From the NCBI GenBank assembly GCA_018985225.1, contig JADGIF010000415.1, positions 1 to 8,973 of the forward strand: DNA of 8,973 nt, read 5' to 3'. A program made the position numbers and the translations under genes. Positions 7,255-8,973 of this stretch are shown here, piece by piece. The first letter of the stretch is position 1. Every line of letters begins with the position of its first letter. This DNA comes from Amoeboradix gromovi X-113. Taxonomy: Eukaryota; Fungi; Sanchytriomycota. The notes under the pieces were generated by a model that did no database searches, had not been told where the DNA came from, and saw only the letters and a program-made list of their open reading frames with translations.

Positions 7255-8676
7255 TTATTGTCTAGCGGTAGCCTCTATCATCAGTGGCCCCTTCATTTGT
7301 AATGTCACTGTTGAATTGTAAGTGACATTTCGAGTCAGCACATTTATATCAAATTTACTGTATATAGTGACTAATGCCAGTGCAGCTTCCAATACAGCCA
7401 TGTTCTGTCCAAGGCATGTACGCGGTCCGTGATGAAAACTGAAATTGATATTCGGGTCGTAGTTGTCATCCAAAAACCGTTCTGGCCTTAATAGCAAACA
7501 GTCTTCTCCCCAAATGTGCTTACTTCTAGCCTGGCAGTATGCACTCCATACAACTCCCCATCCCGCTCTAATCTTGGTGCCATCTGGTAAAACATCGTTC
7601 TTTACTGCAAACTTGACATTTTTCGGTACACTGGGGTGCAATCTTAAACATTCCATAAATACTGCAGTCGTATATGTTAATGATTTGATCTCCTCATAAG
7701 TCACATGGTGTAAATCTTTAATCTTTTCTGCAGCTTCTGATCTAATTTTATCAATAATATCAGGTCTGTTTCTCAACTCGTATACAGCCCAGCTTAGCGC
7801 TTGCGCTGTAGTGTCTCTACCAGCAATGATGAAGTTCATCACAATATTTCTCAAGTCTAGGGGTTTGTATGTCTCACCGTTCTCTTTCTTCATTCTTAGG
7901 AAATGGCTGAGCAAATCGTCTTTCTTGAGCTCAGTTAACTGTAACCTACGTTGGATGACTTTATAGCTAAACCCGTCAATAATCGATTTGTAATGTTTGC
8001 GCAATGAAAGTCTATTTAATAGTAAATCCTTGAAAAATACAAGAAATGGAGGAACAATAAATGACTCATTCACTAGCTGCTGCAATCCATCAAATGCAAC
8101 AGCAAATTCGTTGTTTTTGGAGTTCAATGATCCAACACTCTCACCGTAACCAATTTCAGTAAATGAATCCAATGTAAATTTATGCATGAGATTGTGGAAG
8201 TCTATGGTCCTAGGCTGATTCAAGATAGAGCAAACTGTTTCAAGATGGCGATTGAACACTAAAGTCATGTTGTCTCTGAAGTTGTTGACATAAAAGATTT
8301 TAGCAGCTGCTTGACGTTGCACTTTCCATGATTCACCATCCACAGTAAAAATTCCATCGCCTAATAAATCATGGAAATTTTTACGAACCAAAGGACCTTT
8401 TTCGTAGTTATAAAAGTTTTCTTTAAGAACGTACTGCATGTTTTTAACATTATTGGTGAATACATATCTTGGGAAACCAATTAGTTTAAGGGTCCAGTTA
8501 GTGTTTTTTTGAAAATTGGTCATAAGGTAGTCCAAAATGGTATCCATATTGGTGGTAAATTCATAGGAATTCAAGATTCCTAACCAATTTTTAGGACCTG
8601 GTATATCTAGGCAAATGTCTTTCACATAGTCATAAAGAAAAAATGTAAAAACAGCAACAAAGATGAACTCTAACAT
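7255..8676 (-). CDS. Cytochrome P450, CYP86/94/704-like or fungal CYP52-like (putative fatty-acid/alkane hydroxylase), 473 aa, intronless
   Basis: N-terminal membrane anchor (MLEFIFVAVFTFFLY), IPGP hinge, GDGIFTVDGESWKVQR, I-helix AGRDTTAQAL, K-helix ECLR, PERF, heme motif FHHGPRTCLG. First ATG is at 8676 (the track starts at TTG 8685). AATAAA overlaps the stop. Confidence 0.97.
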   Translation of the reverse strand: MLEFIFVAVFTFFLYDYVKDICLDIPGPKNWLGILNSYEFTTNMDTILDYLMTNFQKNTNWTLKLIGFPRYVFTNNVKNMQYVLKENFYNYEKGPLVRKNFHDLLGDGIFTVDGESWKVQRQAAAKIFYVNNFRDNMTLVFNRHLETVCSILNQPRTIDFHNLMHKFTLDSFTEIGYGESVGSLNSKNNEFAVAFDGLQQLVNESFIVPPFLVFFKDLLLNRLSLRKHYKSIIDGFSYKVIQRRLQLTELKKDDLLSHFLRMKKENGETYKPLDLRNIVMNFIIAGRDTTAQALSWAVYELRNRPDIIDKIRSEAAEKIKDLHHVTYEEIKSLTYTTAVFMECLRLHPSVPKNVKFAVKNDVLPDGTKIRAGWGVVWSAYCQARSKHIWGEDCLLLRPERFLDDNYDPNINFSFHHGPRTCLGQNMAVLEAALALVTIYSKFDINVLTRNVTYNSTVTLQMKGPLMIEATARQ

Positions 8677-8837
8677 GTGTATCAAGGGTGGGCGATCCTA
8701 ACCGCCGTAAACCCAAATGTGAATTTCTTAAATAAATCATAGTTCTCTTCAATTTTATTTGCGTATTTTATAAAACATTTAGTAATACGAATAACACCAT
8801 TTAAAGGATTTTAGCGACCTCTACTTGGAATGCAACT

Positions 8838-8973
8838 GTTGATGAAGAATGAAAAGCTATCCAATTTCGTTAGAGTTGCCACAATCCAAAAAGAAGATTC
8901 AAGGAAGATGGTTCAAATGTAATGCGTGTGGTCACGAAGATCATAGAGATATTAATCCAGGTATTGTTTTATT
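8838..8973 (+). pseudogene. Degenerate TnpB/Fanzor-family RNA-guided nuclease C-terminal fragment (Zn finger + RuvC-III)
   Basis: The frame from 8891 reads KKIQGRWFKCNACGHEDHRDINPGI, matching the TnpB/Fanzor F.C..CG...(D/H)RD.NA motif. The adjacent frame from 8838 reads VDEE*KAIQFR*SCHNPK, a decayed vdE..TSq.C..C motif. A 1-nt frameshift in the A-run at 8888-8892 joins the two. Confidence 0.7.

Noticed and set aside
7088-7699. Plus-strand ORFs 7088-7321 and 7463-7699
   Set aside because: TTG starts, overlapping the P450 antisense, no motifs.

Overview
AT-rich, gene-dense eukaryotic DNA, most consistent with a compact early-diverging fungal or fungus-related genome (inference). It uses the standard code and has very short GT-AG introns. 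Recognisable genes: TFIIS (5369-6154 +), a CYP86/94/704- or CYP52-type cytochrome P450 (7255-8676 -), and a YML020W-family alpha/beta-hydrolase (1706-2942 -) whose conserved C-terminus needs a 19-nt intron to be spliced out. Other coding regions: an unknown helical protein with a 30-nt intron (781-1653 -), a Cys-rich ORF running off the left edge and missed by the ORF track (<1-464 -), and weaker orphan ORFs at 3.4-4.2 kb. Mobile DNA: a 473-bp TA-flanked MITE with 35-bp TIRs (6354-6826), and a decayed TnpB/Fanzor C-terminal fragment (zinc finger plus RuvC-III) at the right edge. The strongest leads are the ultra-small introns and the Fanzor relic.
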